In this document: positions 9,419 to 18,961 of the stretch, piece by piece
Layout of the letters: every line of letters starts with the position of its first letter
Position numbering within the stretch: the stretch's first letter is position 1
From: a virus
Direction: 5' to 3' (one strand)
DNA length: 64,000 bases
Virus record (IMG/VR): IMGVR_UViG_3300043470_000815
Made by a program: the position numbers and the translations under genes
The notes under the pieces: model-generated
The model's input: the letters and a program-made list of their open reading frames with translations, nothing else
What the model was told of the DNA's origin: nothing
The model's database searches: none

Positions 9419-12400
9419 TTAATTGTTAAACTGTTTCTTCACAATTTTACCAACCGAGTAGCCATCCAAAGTGATTTCTTGACTGGTTTGTTGATTTGAT
9501 AAAATTGTTATCATTTGTTGCATTAATTGTTCTAATCGCTTAGTGGATAAATTACTCAAACTATCCGAACTATATTCCAATTCGTCTTTGATATTGTTTT
9601 GACGGGTTATTTCGAGTTCTTTTTGACGATCTACAATTTTTGTTATATTAACATTTTGTGCCGTTGATTCACGTGGTGGATTTAACGGTTGAACAGTTGG
9701 TTGTTTAATCGGTTTTAAGTTCTGATTAACTTCAATTTGGTCGGTTGGGTTGTTTAATAAATTAACTTTCTTATCAATGTTGATATTAATATCATCTGAT
9801 AATTTACTAAAATCAATTTCCGATGAAATTTTGTTTAATCGTTCAATTGAACTGGTCAATATAAGTATAGAGTCACTGACCATTTTCAACGGTTCGGCTG
9901 ATTCTGCGATTTTTTCAAGATCACCAACAATCCCACCACCCATTATAGACGAAAATCCTTTAGAAATATTACCAAATGTTTGGGAGGTTGATAATGTAAA
10001 TAAAGCCGCCGAAATAGCAGTTATTCCCAATGCAACGTCAAACATATTAATTAATGTTAATTTTTCTAATTCATTGGTTAATTGTGCAATTGTATCAAAC
10101 TTTATATTGGCAATTGTTCCTGACAACATAGAAACTACTGAATTTACCGCTATTAAACTAACAGATAAAACTCCAATAGCAGCAGCACCCATAATAATCA
10201 TTGGTGAAACAGTACCTAATACAGTACCAACCACCCCAATTCCAGCCAACCCAACAATACCTTTTAAGATACTTGACCATTCCACATCATTTAACATTTT
10301 TAATGAATAAGCAAGTGGAATAATTGATGCACCTAACAATGCAATTCCAACCGATGCTCCTACTAATAAAGGTGTTAAGGGTGCTAATACATTACCAATA
10401 ACAGCCAACCCAATTAAAGCAGCCGCACCTTTCGCTAAAGACGACCATTCAATGTCGTTAAACATTTTCATTGCATAAGCCATTGGAATTAACGATGCAC
10501 TTAATATACCAAGTGATATTGCACCCATTATCATTGAACCTGACATCTTACCAAGTGCCATTCCAGCGAGTGATAATGCCCCCAATGTGACTATTCCTTT
10601 ACCAACATCCGACCAACTAACACTTGCAAAATTTTGCATTGCTTTTGATGTTACCCATAATGCACCCGAAACAATTAATAACGATGCAGCACCTTTAACA
10701 GCACTTGTATTAAATTTGTTTAAACCTTTGGCAATTCCCGATAAAATATTTTCAATAACCGAACCAATTCCTTTACTTAATTTTACAAAAGAACTGGTTA
10801 TGAAGTTGATAATTTCATTAAGGGTGGATTTTAAGCCTTTCCAAACATTTTTAATTGTCGTTGAAAGTTTAGTGAAAATAGATTCAACTTTATCAACACC
10901 TTTAGGAGTTTCAACTTTTTGTGTTGTTAATTTGTCAAATTTAGCGGTAGATTTCTTTGTATTTTCAATTTCAGTTTTTTTGGTTGTCGTTATTTCTTCA
11001 ACTTTTTTAGGAATTTCTACATCCGATGATAATTTTTTAATCGGTTCAACTTTCCCAATTTCCTTTGGTATTTCTGATTTATTCGGAAGTTCCAAATCTT
11101 GGGGGGAAGGCATTTCAATTTCAGGTGTTATTTTTTTAGAAAACAATCCTTTTATTTTGTCCTTTAATGGTGTAAGACCTTTTTCAAATTTAGATTCCAG
11201 TTTCTTTTCAAAAACCTTTGAAATTGCCGTGTCTAAATAACCACCCAACAGTACACCACCCACCGAAAATACATCGGACATTGCACCTTTAATACCACTT
11301 GAATTATCCGTTATTCCGTTTTCAATTGTTTTACCAAAACCACTTAATTTTCGTGCTTGGTCAATTGCCATCATTGCGACTGCTTTAGTTCCGATTTGTG
11401 TAACCGTCTTAAATCCTTCACTTGCACCTAAATTTGAAAATAATGATTTGGATTTAGTTTTTATTTTATCAATATTTGTTGATGCTGTATTTGTAGCAGA
11501 AACAATTTCACCAGTTGCCGCAACAGTTTGTTTTGAAACTTCTTTAACAATTTGTTTTGAATTATTGGTAACTGAATCAATGGTTGGATTAATAGCGGCA
11601 ATTGATTTATTAACTTCTTCAATGGCAGGTTTATTATCACCCGCTTTTGAAAACATATTCCCAATTGACGAAGATAAATCAGTCGTTTTGTCTTTAATAG
11701 ATGAAATACCATTGAATAATTTTTTTCCTATATACAATGAACCTAATATTGTACCAATATATTGAAGTGGCGTTTTTAGTGATTCTAATGAATCGTTGAT
11801 ACCTTTAACAGAATCCGATGTTCCAAAGAAATAATCTGTTATTCGTTGTATTCCATCCCCAATCCACTTTAAAGGTGTTAAAAATCCTTTAATTAAAAAC
11901 GCGATTGGTTTAATAACAGTTCCAACCACTTTAAAAGCACCGATAATAATGTCAATTAATGGCATTATTGCGTCAATTCCATCGGCAAATGATTCGATTA
12001 ATGGTATTAATGATTTAATTAATACACCTTTAATTTTATCCCATGCAATTGATAACCGATCCGTACTTTGAAGTTGTTCTAATCGTTGACGAATTTGATC
12101 TTTATTTAATTTACTAATATCACCAAGTCGATCAATATTTGCTTCTAGGTTATCCTTTTCAACACCACTAAAATCAGCCATTTGTTCGTGCATCCTAACA
12201 GATTTCGTTAAATCTTCATTAGTCATTCCTAAAGTTTTAGCAATTTTAGTACGTGTCAAATAGTCCATTTTACTAAACTCTTCAACTGTTCCAATATTTT
12301 CCATGATGGATTTTGTCATACCTTCAATGTCACCCGAAAGTCCTAAATCAAATGCTTCACTAAAATCAATACCCCGATTAGACATTGCATTTAATTCATA

Positions 12401-14407
12401 CATATCGGTCATAAACTCATCCAAGGATAGCATTTTTTGTGCAATTTGACCAGCCTGCTTTAACGACATTCCCATCCTACGGACGTTAATTGCCGCTTTT
12501 GCCGCTTGTTCAGGCATTCCTAAGAAATAAGTAAATACTTCTTCACTTGCATCGACTAAATCTTTATTTATTATTTGTGGACTTAAACCAACCAATTCGG
12601 ACATTAGTCCTAAATTAGTCTGTAAATTGACAGCCATTGAATCATCAGCACCAATTCCAGCAAATACTTTATGAATTTTAGTTGCCTCGGTTGCACTATA
12701 ACCAAATGCTTTACCCATTTCGGAAATACTTAACATAAGGTCACTATTTCCCTTTTCCATTGCCGAAAATACTTTACCGCTGCTACCAATTAATTCGGTT
12801 TGAATATCCTGAATATCACGTAACGTTGTAAATTGGTTGGAACTGGTCGTTAAAATATCTAATTGAACATCTAATAACTGTTTGGATTGAAGTAATGAAA
12901 CATTCATTTCAGAACTCATACTTTTTAGTTTATCAGTCATTCCAGCCACGTATTTGAATAACAATGCTGTACCAACCACCATTAAGTTCAAAGGATTTAA
13001 AACCGACTTTAGGGCGGGAGTCATTTCTTTGTAATACGTTTTTAGTGCCGATGCCCTTGTTCCACCCTCAATTAATTTATTTGTTAATGCTTCAATTCCT
13101 TTTTGATGACTGTTCATCAAAATTGTAGAAATATTTGAAAATCCTAATAAGTTAGAAACACCTTGTGGTAAAATTGACGAAATATAATCAAACCCATCCC
13201 CGATTTTACGGACAGATTGTTCGGTGGATTTCAACAAATCTAGGTTTTTCATTATAATATTGGCTTTAGCCTGTTCACCTAGAATAGCAGATTTAATTAA
13301 ATCAATATCATCATTTTTTAATTTTATTTGTTCGATTAGGATTTGGGTGGAAAGTCCCATCGGTTTAATTAATTCAGCCAACCTAGCATTTTGTTCTTCC
13401 GTCCTACCAATACCAATTCCCAATAATGAATTTAATTCACCAAATCCAGCCGTTAAACTTTCCGAAATATTATTTTTTAAAACAATTGTGTCAAGTTCTT
13501 CAATTGTTTTTTTATATTCATCGGCTGTTAATTTTAAATTTGTAACGGAATTAGTTATTTCTCCAGTATCAACATTTATTTTAATGGAAATATCACCAAA
13601 ATCAGCAGCCATTTGACGTGCTAAATTTTCCTGTAATTTTGTGTTTTTATTGAAAAATTCGGTTAAACCCGCCAACCTTGTACTATTTTCTAAATCAATT
13701 GCTTTTACAACTTTTTCAATTTCATTATTTAAATCATCGGTTAATGGATTAAAATGAAATGGAATATCAATTAAGTTTGTGTTTAAATTTTTAATTAGTG
13801 AATTAGTATCATCCTTTATTTTTCTAACCAAAGTTTCAGCATCAAAAAACGCATCATTCATTCCTGTGAATAAATTATCAAAATCGACGCGTTTTTTAAC
13901 GATTTTGGTTAATGTTTCGTCAATGTTGATAGAAGTTCCACCAATCTTTTCGTAAACTCTGCGATTGTCACCAATAACCTTTAAAATATCTTTTTGTGAA
14001 CGCAATAATGATTTGGTAATATCATATTCACTTTCAACTAAATCATAACGATCTGATAATAAATCCAAATAATCTTCGGCGTTATCAATTTCATCTTCTT
14101 GAATCTTTTCTAATTCACGAAATTTATCAAGAATTTTATCAATATCCTTTTGTTCGGCTTTACGTGCCTTTGCCCATTTGACCGCGTAATCATCTTGAAT
14201 TTCTAAACCTTCGCGAACATCGTCAATTAACTTTCGTGCATCTTCTTCATTTTTGACAAAACCCGATTGTAACAACGACATTACCTTTAGTAATTCCCTG
14301 TTAATTTTTATTTGTTCCTGCGATGAAGCATTGGTCGTTTGAACTACCTTATATAAGCCATCTAACAGTTTTTTTATCTCACTTGAATCGTCACGTTGCT
14401 TTGCCAT
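9419..14407 (-). CDS. tape measure protein
   Basis: 1662 aa, coiled-coil/helical, Ala/Gly hydrophobic repeats with periodic W (VSWSDV, IEWSSL, VEWSSI). Confidence 0.9.
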   Translation of the reverse strand: MAKQRDDSSEIKKLLDGLYKVVQTTNASSQEQIKINRELLKVMSLLQSGFVKNEEDARKLIDDVREGLEIQDDYAVKWAKARKAEQKDIDKILDKFRELEKIQEDEIDNAEDYLDLLSDRYDLVESEYDITKSLLRSQKDILKVIGDNRRVYEKIGGTSINIDETLTKIVKKRVDFDNLFTGMNDAFFDAETLVRKIKDDTNSLIKNLNTNLIDIPFHFNPLTDDLNNEIEKVVKAIDLENSTRLAGLTEFFNKNTKLQENLARQMAADFGDISIKINVDTGEITNSVTNLKLTADEYKKTIEELDTIVLKNNISESLTAGFGELNSLLGIGIGRTEEQNARLAELIKPMGLSTQILIEQIKLKNDDIDLIKSAILGEQAKANIIMKNLDLLKSTEQSVRKIGDGFDYISSILPQGVSNLLGFSNISTILMNSHQKGIEALTNKLIEGGTRASALKTYYKEMTPALKSVLNPLNLMVVGTALLFKYVAGMTDKLKSMSSEMNVSLLQSKQLLDVQLDILTTSSNQFTTLRDIQDIQTELIGSSGKVFSAMEKGNSDLMLSISEMGKAFGYSATEATKIHKVFAGIGADDSMAVNLQTNLGLMSELVGLSPQIINKDLVDASEEVFTYFLGMPEQAAKAAINVRRMGMSLKQAGQIAQKMLSLDEFMTDMYELNAMSNRGIDFSEAFDLGLSGDIEGMTKSIMENIGTVEEFSKMDYLTRTKIAKTLGMTNEDLTKSVRMHEQMADFSGVEKDNLEANIDRLGDISKLNKDQIRQRLEQLQSTDRLSIAWDKIKGVLIKSLIPLIESFADGIDAIMPLIDIIIGAFKVVGTVIKPIAFLIKGFLTPLKWIGDGIQRITDYFFGTSDSVKGINDSLESLKTPLQYIGTILGSLYIGKKLFNGISSIKDKTTDLSSSIGNMFSKAGDNKPAIEEVNKSIAAINPTIDSVTNNSKQIVKEVSKQTVAATGEIVSATNTASTNIDKIKTKSKSLFSNLGASEGFKTVTQIGTKAVAMMAIDQARKLSGFGKTIENGITDNSSGIKGAMSDVFSVGGVLLGGYLDTAISKVFEKKLESKFEKGLTPLKDKIKGLFSKKITPEIEMPSPQDLELPNKSEIPKEIGKVEPIKKLSSDVEIPKKVEEITTTKKTEIENTKKSTAKFDKLTTQKVETPKGVDKVESIFTKLSTTIKNVWKGLKSTLNEIINFITSSFVKLSKGIGSVIENILSGIAKGLNKFNTSAVKGAASLLIVSGALWVTSKAMQNFASVSWSDVGKGIVTLGALSLAGMALGKMSGSMIMGAISLGILSASLIPMAYAMKMFNDIEWSSLAKGAAALIGLAVIGNVLAPLTPLLVGASVGIALLGASIIPLAYSLKMLNDVEWSSILKGIVGLAGIGVVGTVLGTVSPMIIMGAAAIGVLSVSLIAVNSVVSMLSGTIANIKFDTIAQLTNELEKLTLINMFDVALGITAISAALFTLSTSQTFGNISKGFSSIMGGGIVGDLEKIAESAEPLKMVSDSILILTSSIERLNKISSEIDFSKLSDDININIDKKVNLLNNPTDQIEVNQNLKPIKQPTVQPLNPPRESTAQNVNITKIVDRQKELEITRQNNIKDELEYSSDSLSNLSTKRLEQLMQQMITILSNQQTSQEITLDGYSVGKIVKKQFNN

Positions 14408-14421
14408 ATATTTTTACTTTA

Positions 14422-14495
14422 AATGACCAATACTAAACTTTGTTTTTTAATAATGGTAATTATCTAAATTTTTTTAATGACCAATACTAAACTTT
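14422..14495. repeat. 20-bp direct repeat upstream of TMP
   Basis: AATGACCAATACTAAACTTT at 14422-14441 and 14476-14495. Confidence 0.9.
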
Positions 14496-14517
14496 TATTT
14501 TTTTAATACTGACAATT

Positions 14518-14739
14518 TTATTTAACCGTTTTTGTATAATTTTTACACAATGTACTGTTTGGATGACGTTTACAATAATCGGGCAACCGATCTTTCACCT
14601 GTTTCAAATGAAATTGTGCCGTATCAATGTACGATTGCAATTCAGGATCATTATCCATTATTTTTTCCGCACGTTTAAGATTGGACATAACGCTTGGTAA
14701 TGCCAATAGTTTTGCTATTTGAACAAAAAAAGTTTCCAT
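14518..14739 (-). CDS. small protein upstream of TMP (possible tail assembly factor)
   Basis: 73 aa, C-terminal C..HP.S.LC; preceded by TATTTATA motif. Confidence 0.6.
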   Translation of the reverse strand: METFFVQIAKLLALPSVMSNLKRAEKIMDNDPELQSYIDTAQFHLKQVKDRLPDYCKRHPNSTLCKNYTKTVK

Positions 14740-14801
14740 TGTTATAAATAGTTTATTTGTTAAATTATCTTACCTACCTAACGGATAATTTATTAAATAG
14801 T

Positions 14802-14863
14802 GTTAATGTAATGTTAATCAGTATTAAAAATTAGGTAGAATAGGTTGGGTGGGTGTATCTTTG
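14802..14863 (+). promoter_or_regulatory. early promoter at the start of the plus-strand island
   Basis: GTTAA-N6-GTTAA at 14802/14813 and TATCTTTG at 14856. Confidence 0.7.
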
Positions 14864-14905
14864 TACTGTTAATAAAAAACATTTCAAAATTAAAACTAAA
14901 ATATT

Positions 14906-15100
14906 ATGAACTATAACGAATTAGAACAAAAAGCAGACCTTGTTTGGTCAACATTAAATAGCATCGAAAACCAAGATAAATCAAAACGTGAACAAATGAA
15001 TTTGATTAAAACCATTTTACTTCAAATGGCAGAAGAACAACGCGAGGTTGGTAGAAATCAAATAAAAAACTTAATTTCAGAAACTATTAAAAATGTCTAA
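14906..15100 (+). CDS. hypothetical early protein
   Basis: First ORF after the promoter, AT-rich leader. Confidence 0.65.
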   Translation: MNYNELEQKADLVWSTLNSIENQDKSKREQMNLIKTILLQMAEEQREVGRNQIKNLISETIKNV

Positions 15101-15179
15101 AAATCTATTAAAACTCGCCGCAATTATATTTGTGGCTGCATTCTTTATATTATTAACTTATAACGCAATTTTTGAATAA
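15093..15179 (+). CDS. 28-aa membrane peptide (not in ORF track)
   Basis: MSKNLLKLAAIIFVAAFFILLTYNAIFE fills the gap between neighbours. Confidence 0.5.
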   Translation: MSKNLLKLAAIIFVAAFFILLTYNAIFE

Positions 15180-15182
15180 CTT

Positions 15183-15401
15183 ATGAAACTTACAAAGGAA
15201 ATATTACTTAAACTTGGTTTTGATGAAAATGGTAAAATTTATACAAGATGGAAGTTAGACCTACATGAACATGAACAAGGAATTTTTTCTTTTCACGAAG
15301 GACGTATTTATTTTGATGTCGAAACTGTTGAAAAATTACATCAACTTTGGATAATGATTAACGCAGAAGATCAAATGCCATTACCAATAAACGAAATATA
15401 A
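15183..15401 (+). CDS. hypothetical protein
   Basis: 72 aa, MKLTKEILLKLGF...TVEKLHQL pattern. Confidence 0.65.
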   Translation: MKLTKEILLKLGFDENGKIYTRWKLDLHEHEQGIFSFHEGRIYFDVETVEKLHQLWIMINAEDQMPLPINEI

Positions 15402-15415
15402 ATTATTATAAAAAA

Positions 15416-15757
15416 ATGAATATTAAAATAAAATTAGAACAACGGGTTTACCGTAAAAGTCAAAAACCCGATCCACAGGATTTAATTAATAATATTATTT
15501 ATACATTTTGTAACAGGTCGGTTGGGGGAGTTTATCGGAACAATGATAATATGTATATGTTTCACTACGAAAAACACAATAAAAAAGTTATCAGTAGGAA
15601 ACGAACCAAAGACAAAACTGGTAAATATCCAAGTAAAACGGTTTCTATAATCGTTCCTGCCTACTGGAAGATCACAGTTACAATTATTCCACACGAAGTA
15701 TTGAAATTGATGAATAAAAAAGTCAAGCAGAATTTACGGAATTGGGAGTTCGTTTGA
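15416..15757 (+). CDS. hypothetical basic protein
   Basis: 113-aa ORF in operon. Confidence 0.6.
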   Translation: MNIKIKLEQRVYRKSQKPDPQDLINNIIYTFCNRSVGGVYRNNDNMYMFHYEKHNKKVISRKRTKDKTGKYPSKTVSIIVPAYWKITVTIIPHEVLKLMNKKVKQNLRNWEFV

Positions 15758-15894
15758 TAAATCAAATGGACAGTTAATTTATTTAATTTATTAAATAAAC
15801 TTTTTAGTTCGTTTAATTTTAAAAATTAGGTAGGGTGGTTTACCAACCCAACGATTAAATATAATCATTCTATGGATAAATATTAATAATTAAT

Positions 15895-15946
15895 GTTAAC
15901 ACAAAGTTAATAAATTAATTGTTTGGTGGGTAAGAATATACTTATA
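15895..15946 (+). promoter_or_regulatory. GTTAA-N6-GTTAA class promoter upstream of the candidate ncRNA
   Basis: GTTAA at 15895 and 15906; degenerate -7 (TACTTATA) at the 28-nt position. Confidence 0.45.
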
Positions 15947-15950
15947 AGTA

Positions 15951-16370
15951 ACCGTTGTTCCACAGCACAATACAGCGGACGGATGTTGACTACTTAATCC
16001 GTGAATCAAAAGGCTTGTTACATCATGGCTTTGAAAAATAAGAGGTTTTGTAACGTTGGATATAGTCAATTTAAAAAATATCCATTTTCCGTAGGGAACT
16101 AATAATTCCTGATAATCAAACATGCAATGCTTTCCAAATGTGGGCGGCGTTGCATTTATTGTTTTATTTTCCCTTTGGGTTAACAAAGGGTACAAGCCAC
16201 AATACCGTATTATATAGATCACTCTCGCACTGTTTCTAACGGGATAACAACGAGGACTGCATGTTTACTTAATGTTTCATTTATCTATATAATATGTTAA
16301 AACCGAATTATAGCAGGGCGGAACGTATTGTTGGTTGGTGGGTTAGATTTATATTCCATCTAACAACCTA
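15951..16370 (+). ncRNA. candidate structured non-coding RNA
   Basis: No credible ORF; at least 8 stems and a loop-loop complement GTTGACTA/TAGTCAAT; terminal hairpin 16342-16364; strand inferred from the promoter. Confidence 0.5.
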
Positions 16371-16462
16371 GTGTATTTTACCTTAAAAGATTGATTATTC
16401 TTTCTTTTTTCTTAAATGGGTAAATATGCAGGGATAAATCCCGTATTATACCATATTTAAGT

Positions 16463-16514
16463 GTTAATTAGTTGTTAACAGACTTGTATAATACCAACCA
16501 ACCACCTATCTTTG
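16463..16514 (+). promoter_or_regulatory. Bacteroidota-type early promoter with GTTAA boxes
   Basis: GTTAA-N6-GTTAA-N4-CTTG-N20-TATCTTTG. Confidence 0.8.
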
Positions 16515-16591
16515 TAATGTAAAATTAAAGGATCGAATATGAAATTCGATTTAATATTTTACTTTTTGTAATCAAAATCAATTATAAAGAT

Positions 16592-16885
16592 ATGACAAGT
16601 CAAGAAATTTGTTTAGAAACATTGAAACAGTTGGGTGGTAATAAGTTCATCGTTATGACTGGAGCAAAATGTATTAGTGATGGTAATACACTCATTGTAA
16701 AATTCAAAATGTGTCCAAAGGCGAATATTATGTACATCACATTGAACGGTAAAGATTTATACGACGTGAAAATATGTAAATTTCGCGGTATGGAAGTCAA
16801 AACCGTTGCCGAACTTAACGATGCGTATTCTGATATGTTACGCCCATTTTTCACCGAAACAACTGGATTATATACCAGTTTGTAA
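16592..16885 (+). CDS. hypothetical early phage protein
   Basis: QLGGNKFIVMTGAK...LYDV...FTETTGLYTSL, a pattern recalled from other phage early regions. Confidence 0.7.
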   Translation: MTSQEICLETLKQLGGNKFIVMTGAKCISDGNTLIVKFKMCPKANIMYITLNGKDLYDVKICKFRGMEVKTVAELNDAYSDMLRPFFTETTGLYTSL

Positions 16886-16909
16886 TTAATTTAAAAATAT
16901 TAAAAATAA

Positions 16910-17173
16910 ATGAAGAAATTTACACAAGCACCCATTGGTTTGGGTTTTCATTGTTTAGAACACGAAACATCTATTGCGTACATTTGGAACGAATTAGTTG
17001 ATAAAAACCTCCCACCCAATTCTTTATGGGAATGTACGCCAATTCGATTACATAATATACAATGGGCAAAAGATGGTGTAACATTGTTAAGTATGGGAGC
17101 AGTTATTCGAGAAGGTGATATGTATAAACTGTCGGATTGGGCAATAGAAAAAATTAATAAATTTTTAGCATAA
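16910..17173 (+). CDS. hypothetical protein
   Basis: Operon-packed ORF. Confidence 0.6.
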   Translation: MKKFTQAPIGLGFHCLEHETSIAYIWNELVDKNLPPNSLWECTPIRLHNIQWAKDGVTLLSMGAVIREGDMYKLSDWAIEKINKFLA

Positions 17174-17174
17174 T

Positions 17175-17486
17175 ATGAATTTTAAAAATTTCAAATTATA
17201 TAGATGGTTACTTGGGGGTGGTTGGTCACAAAAGTCCGATAAAACATGGGTTTGGTGGCCAATAATCGGTCAGGCAATTGCATACCAACAGGAAATCGAA
17301 AAGTTTCAACGCTTTGAAAAATATACTTGGTGGTTGAAAATAAAATATAAATTTTACAATCACAAACAAAAACGTGTATTTTGGAAAAAACAAGGTTATT
17401 TACCGCAATGTTGGACTGAAAATGAAGCACATTTATATACACCTGAATCGTTTGTACGTTTTGAACGACATTTTTTTGAATTATAA
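17175..17486 (+). CDS. hypothetical Trp-rich protein
   Basis: Operon-packed ORF. Confidence 0.55.
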   Translation: MNFKNFKLYRWLLGGGWSQKSDKTWVWWPIIGQAIAYQQEIEKFQRFEKYTWWLKIKYKFYNHKQKRVFWKKQGYLPQCWTENEAHLYTPESFVRFERHFFEL

Positions 17487-17914
17487 TGAAAAATAAAGAT
17501 ATTATCCGAAAAATAAATTATTTAGTTTACAATTCCCGATGTTCGCATTTGGGGAGGTGGGATTCTGATAAATTCTTTAATCCTGAATATTTAAAAACAT
17601 TTACTGATGATAAATTTCATGGCAGGTTAAATTTTAATTGTCACGAATTGTATGATTTATTCAAATTATCGGGAATGACACATAATGAATTTCGGGAAAT
17701 GGTGGAAGGAATTTCTTTAACCAAAAATGAAAATAAAAATTTATTAAAAGGTTCACCACCCAAGGAATCTCGTGACAATAAAACTGTTAGGGTCGGGAAT
17801 GGTCGAAACAAAAATCCAAACACAATTCGATTTCCAAAAAAGTGTAGGAAAACTGCTTGGAAACGATTTTATAAACTTTTTCCAAATTTAGAAAATGAAA
17901 AAAATATATCTTAA
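17486..17914 (+). CDS. hypothetical protein
   Basis: Coupled start/stop with neighbours. Confidence 0.65.
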   Translation: MKNKDIIRKINYLVYNSRCSHLGRWDSDKFFNPEYLKTFTDDKFHGRLNFNCHELYDLFKLSGMTHNEFREMVEGISLTKNENKNLLKGSPPKESRDNKTVRVGNGRNKNPNTIRFPKKCRKTAWKRFYKLFPNLENEKNIS

Positions 17915-18323
17915 TTACAGTTCCAAAGACCGCCATTTAGTCGATAAATGTATTCCACATCTAAAATCATTGGGTGAATTATGGTCAGTTGACAACTTAA
18001 ACGCTGGAGACATTATTGACAAAACAATCACAAAAAAATGGAACGAATCTGATTTTATATTGGAATTTATTTCAAGTGATTTTATAAATGAACCTTGCTT
18101 TAATATAGAGCCAAATAACAAATTATTAATTGGAATCTATCTTAGACCTTGTTCATTTGAAGACGTGGAAGGTAGGTGGGAATGTGTACTGCCATTTGAC
18201 GCGTTAAATTCAAGTACTGACTTTGATTCATCGTTGAATGAAATTATTAAGTATTTAAAAGATAATATCAATTCAATTGATACAGAGTTCCGATTAAAAA
18301 ATTACCTAAACGAAAATGTATAA
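17895..18323 (+). CDS. TIR-domain protein
   Basis: IYLNYSSKD, LW..DNL.AGD....I...W.ESDFILEFISSDFI..PC...E, IGIYLRPC.F match the bacterial TIR_2 pattern. Confidence 0.8.
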   Translation: MKKIYLNYSSKDRHLVDKCIPHLKSLGELWSVDNLNAGDIIDKTITKKWNESDFILEFISSDFINEPCFNIEPNNKLLIGIYLRPCSFEDVEGRWECVLPFDALNSSTDFDSSLNEIIKYLKDNINSIDTEFRLKNYLNENV

Positions 18324-18807
18324 ATATTTAGCAATATTTTTATTATCAATTATCATTATATTTTACGATTATATATGTGTATTGATCTATAAAAAATCAC
18401 ATCATATTGCCATTGAAAATGCTATAAGAAAAATTGATAAACGGAATATTCAAATAAAATATATTTTCGATAAAAGTACATTAGTAGCAGCAACCAACCT
18501 AGTTGATAATAAACCATTTTATTATATCAATGTGACACAAGATTCGTTTTTAACAGCGGAATTAATCGCATACCATGAATATATGCACCAAAATATGTAT
18601 CCTAAAAAATATTCTAAACGTGTCGAAGAAGCAATTGTTGGGATTGGAACATATTATTATTCAATGGTCGAATATGATACAGCAATGCAACGACAATGTT
18701 TATTGGCATCTTATCCAGCGTTTGAAAAATTAACCAAAATCGAAAAAGATACAGTTTTAGCCTACAATTATTACAATTACACTCACACTTTTATTCAATC
18801 AAATTAA
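18316..18807 (+). CDS. membrane-anchored HExxH metallopeptidase-like protein
   Basis: N-terminal hydrophobic helix; AYHEYMHQ followed by VEEA. Confidence 0.55.
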   Translation: MYKYLAIFLLSIIIIFYDYICVLIYKKSHHIAIENAIRKIDKRNIQIKYIFDKSTLVAATNLVDNKPFYYINVTQDSFLTAELIAYHEYMHQNMYPKKYSKRVEEAIVGIGTYYYSMVEYDTAMQRQCLLASYPAFEKLTKIEKDTVLAYNYYNYTHTFIQSN

Positions 18808-18817
18808 TTTAACAACA

Positions 18818-18934
18818 ATGATTTTAACCGCAATTATTATTTTCGGTGCATTAGCACTCGTTTGGTATTTATCACCAACCAACCCATCCAAACCAAATGA
18901 TGACTGGAATCACTATAACGACATGAACAACTAA
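18818..18934 (+). CDS. 38-aa membrane peptide (not in ORF track)
   Basis: MILTAIIIFGALALVWYLSP... Confidence 0.5.
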   Translation: MILTAIIIFGALALVWYLSPTNPSKPNDDWNHYNDMNN

Positions 18935-18961
18935 ACCAAAACTTAAAAATTTTAAAAAAAA

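Noticed and set aside
9750-13616. Several long plus-strand ORFs (186, 217, 105, 130 aa) antisense to the tape measure gene
   Set aside because: Shadow frames of a long biased-codon gene; no motifs or promoters.
15985-16070. GACTA ... GATATAGTC resembles group I intron P7 (R/S) elements
   Set aside because: No interrupted host gene and no recognisable P4-P6 domain upstream; kept only as part of the pseudoknot observation.
15896-16222. 108-aa minus-strand ORF over the candidate ncRNA
   Set aside because: Atypical composition, no recognisable motif, no operon context; the stems explain the region better.
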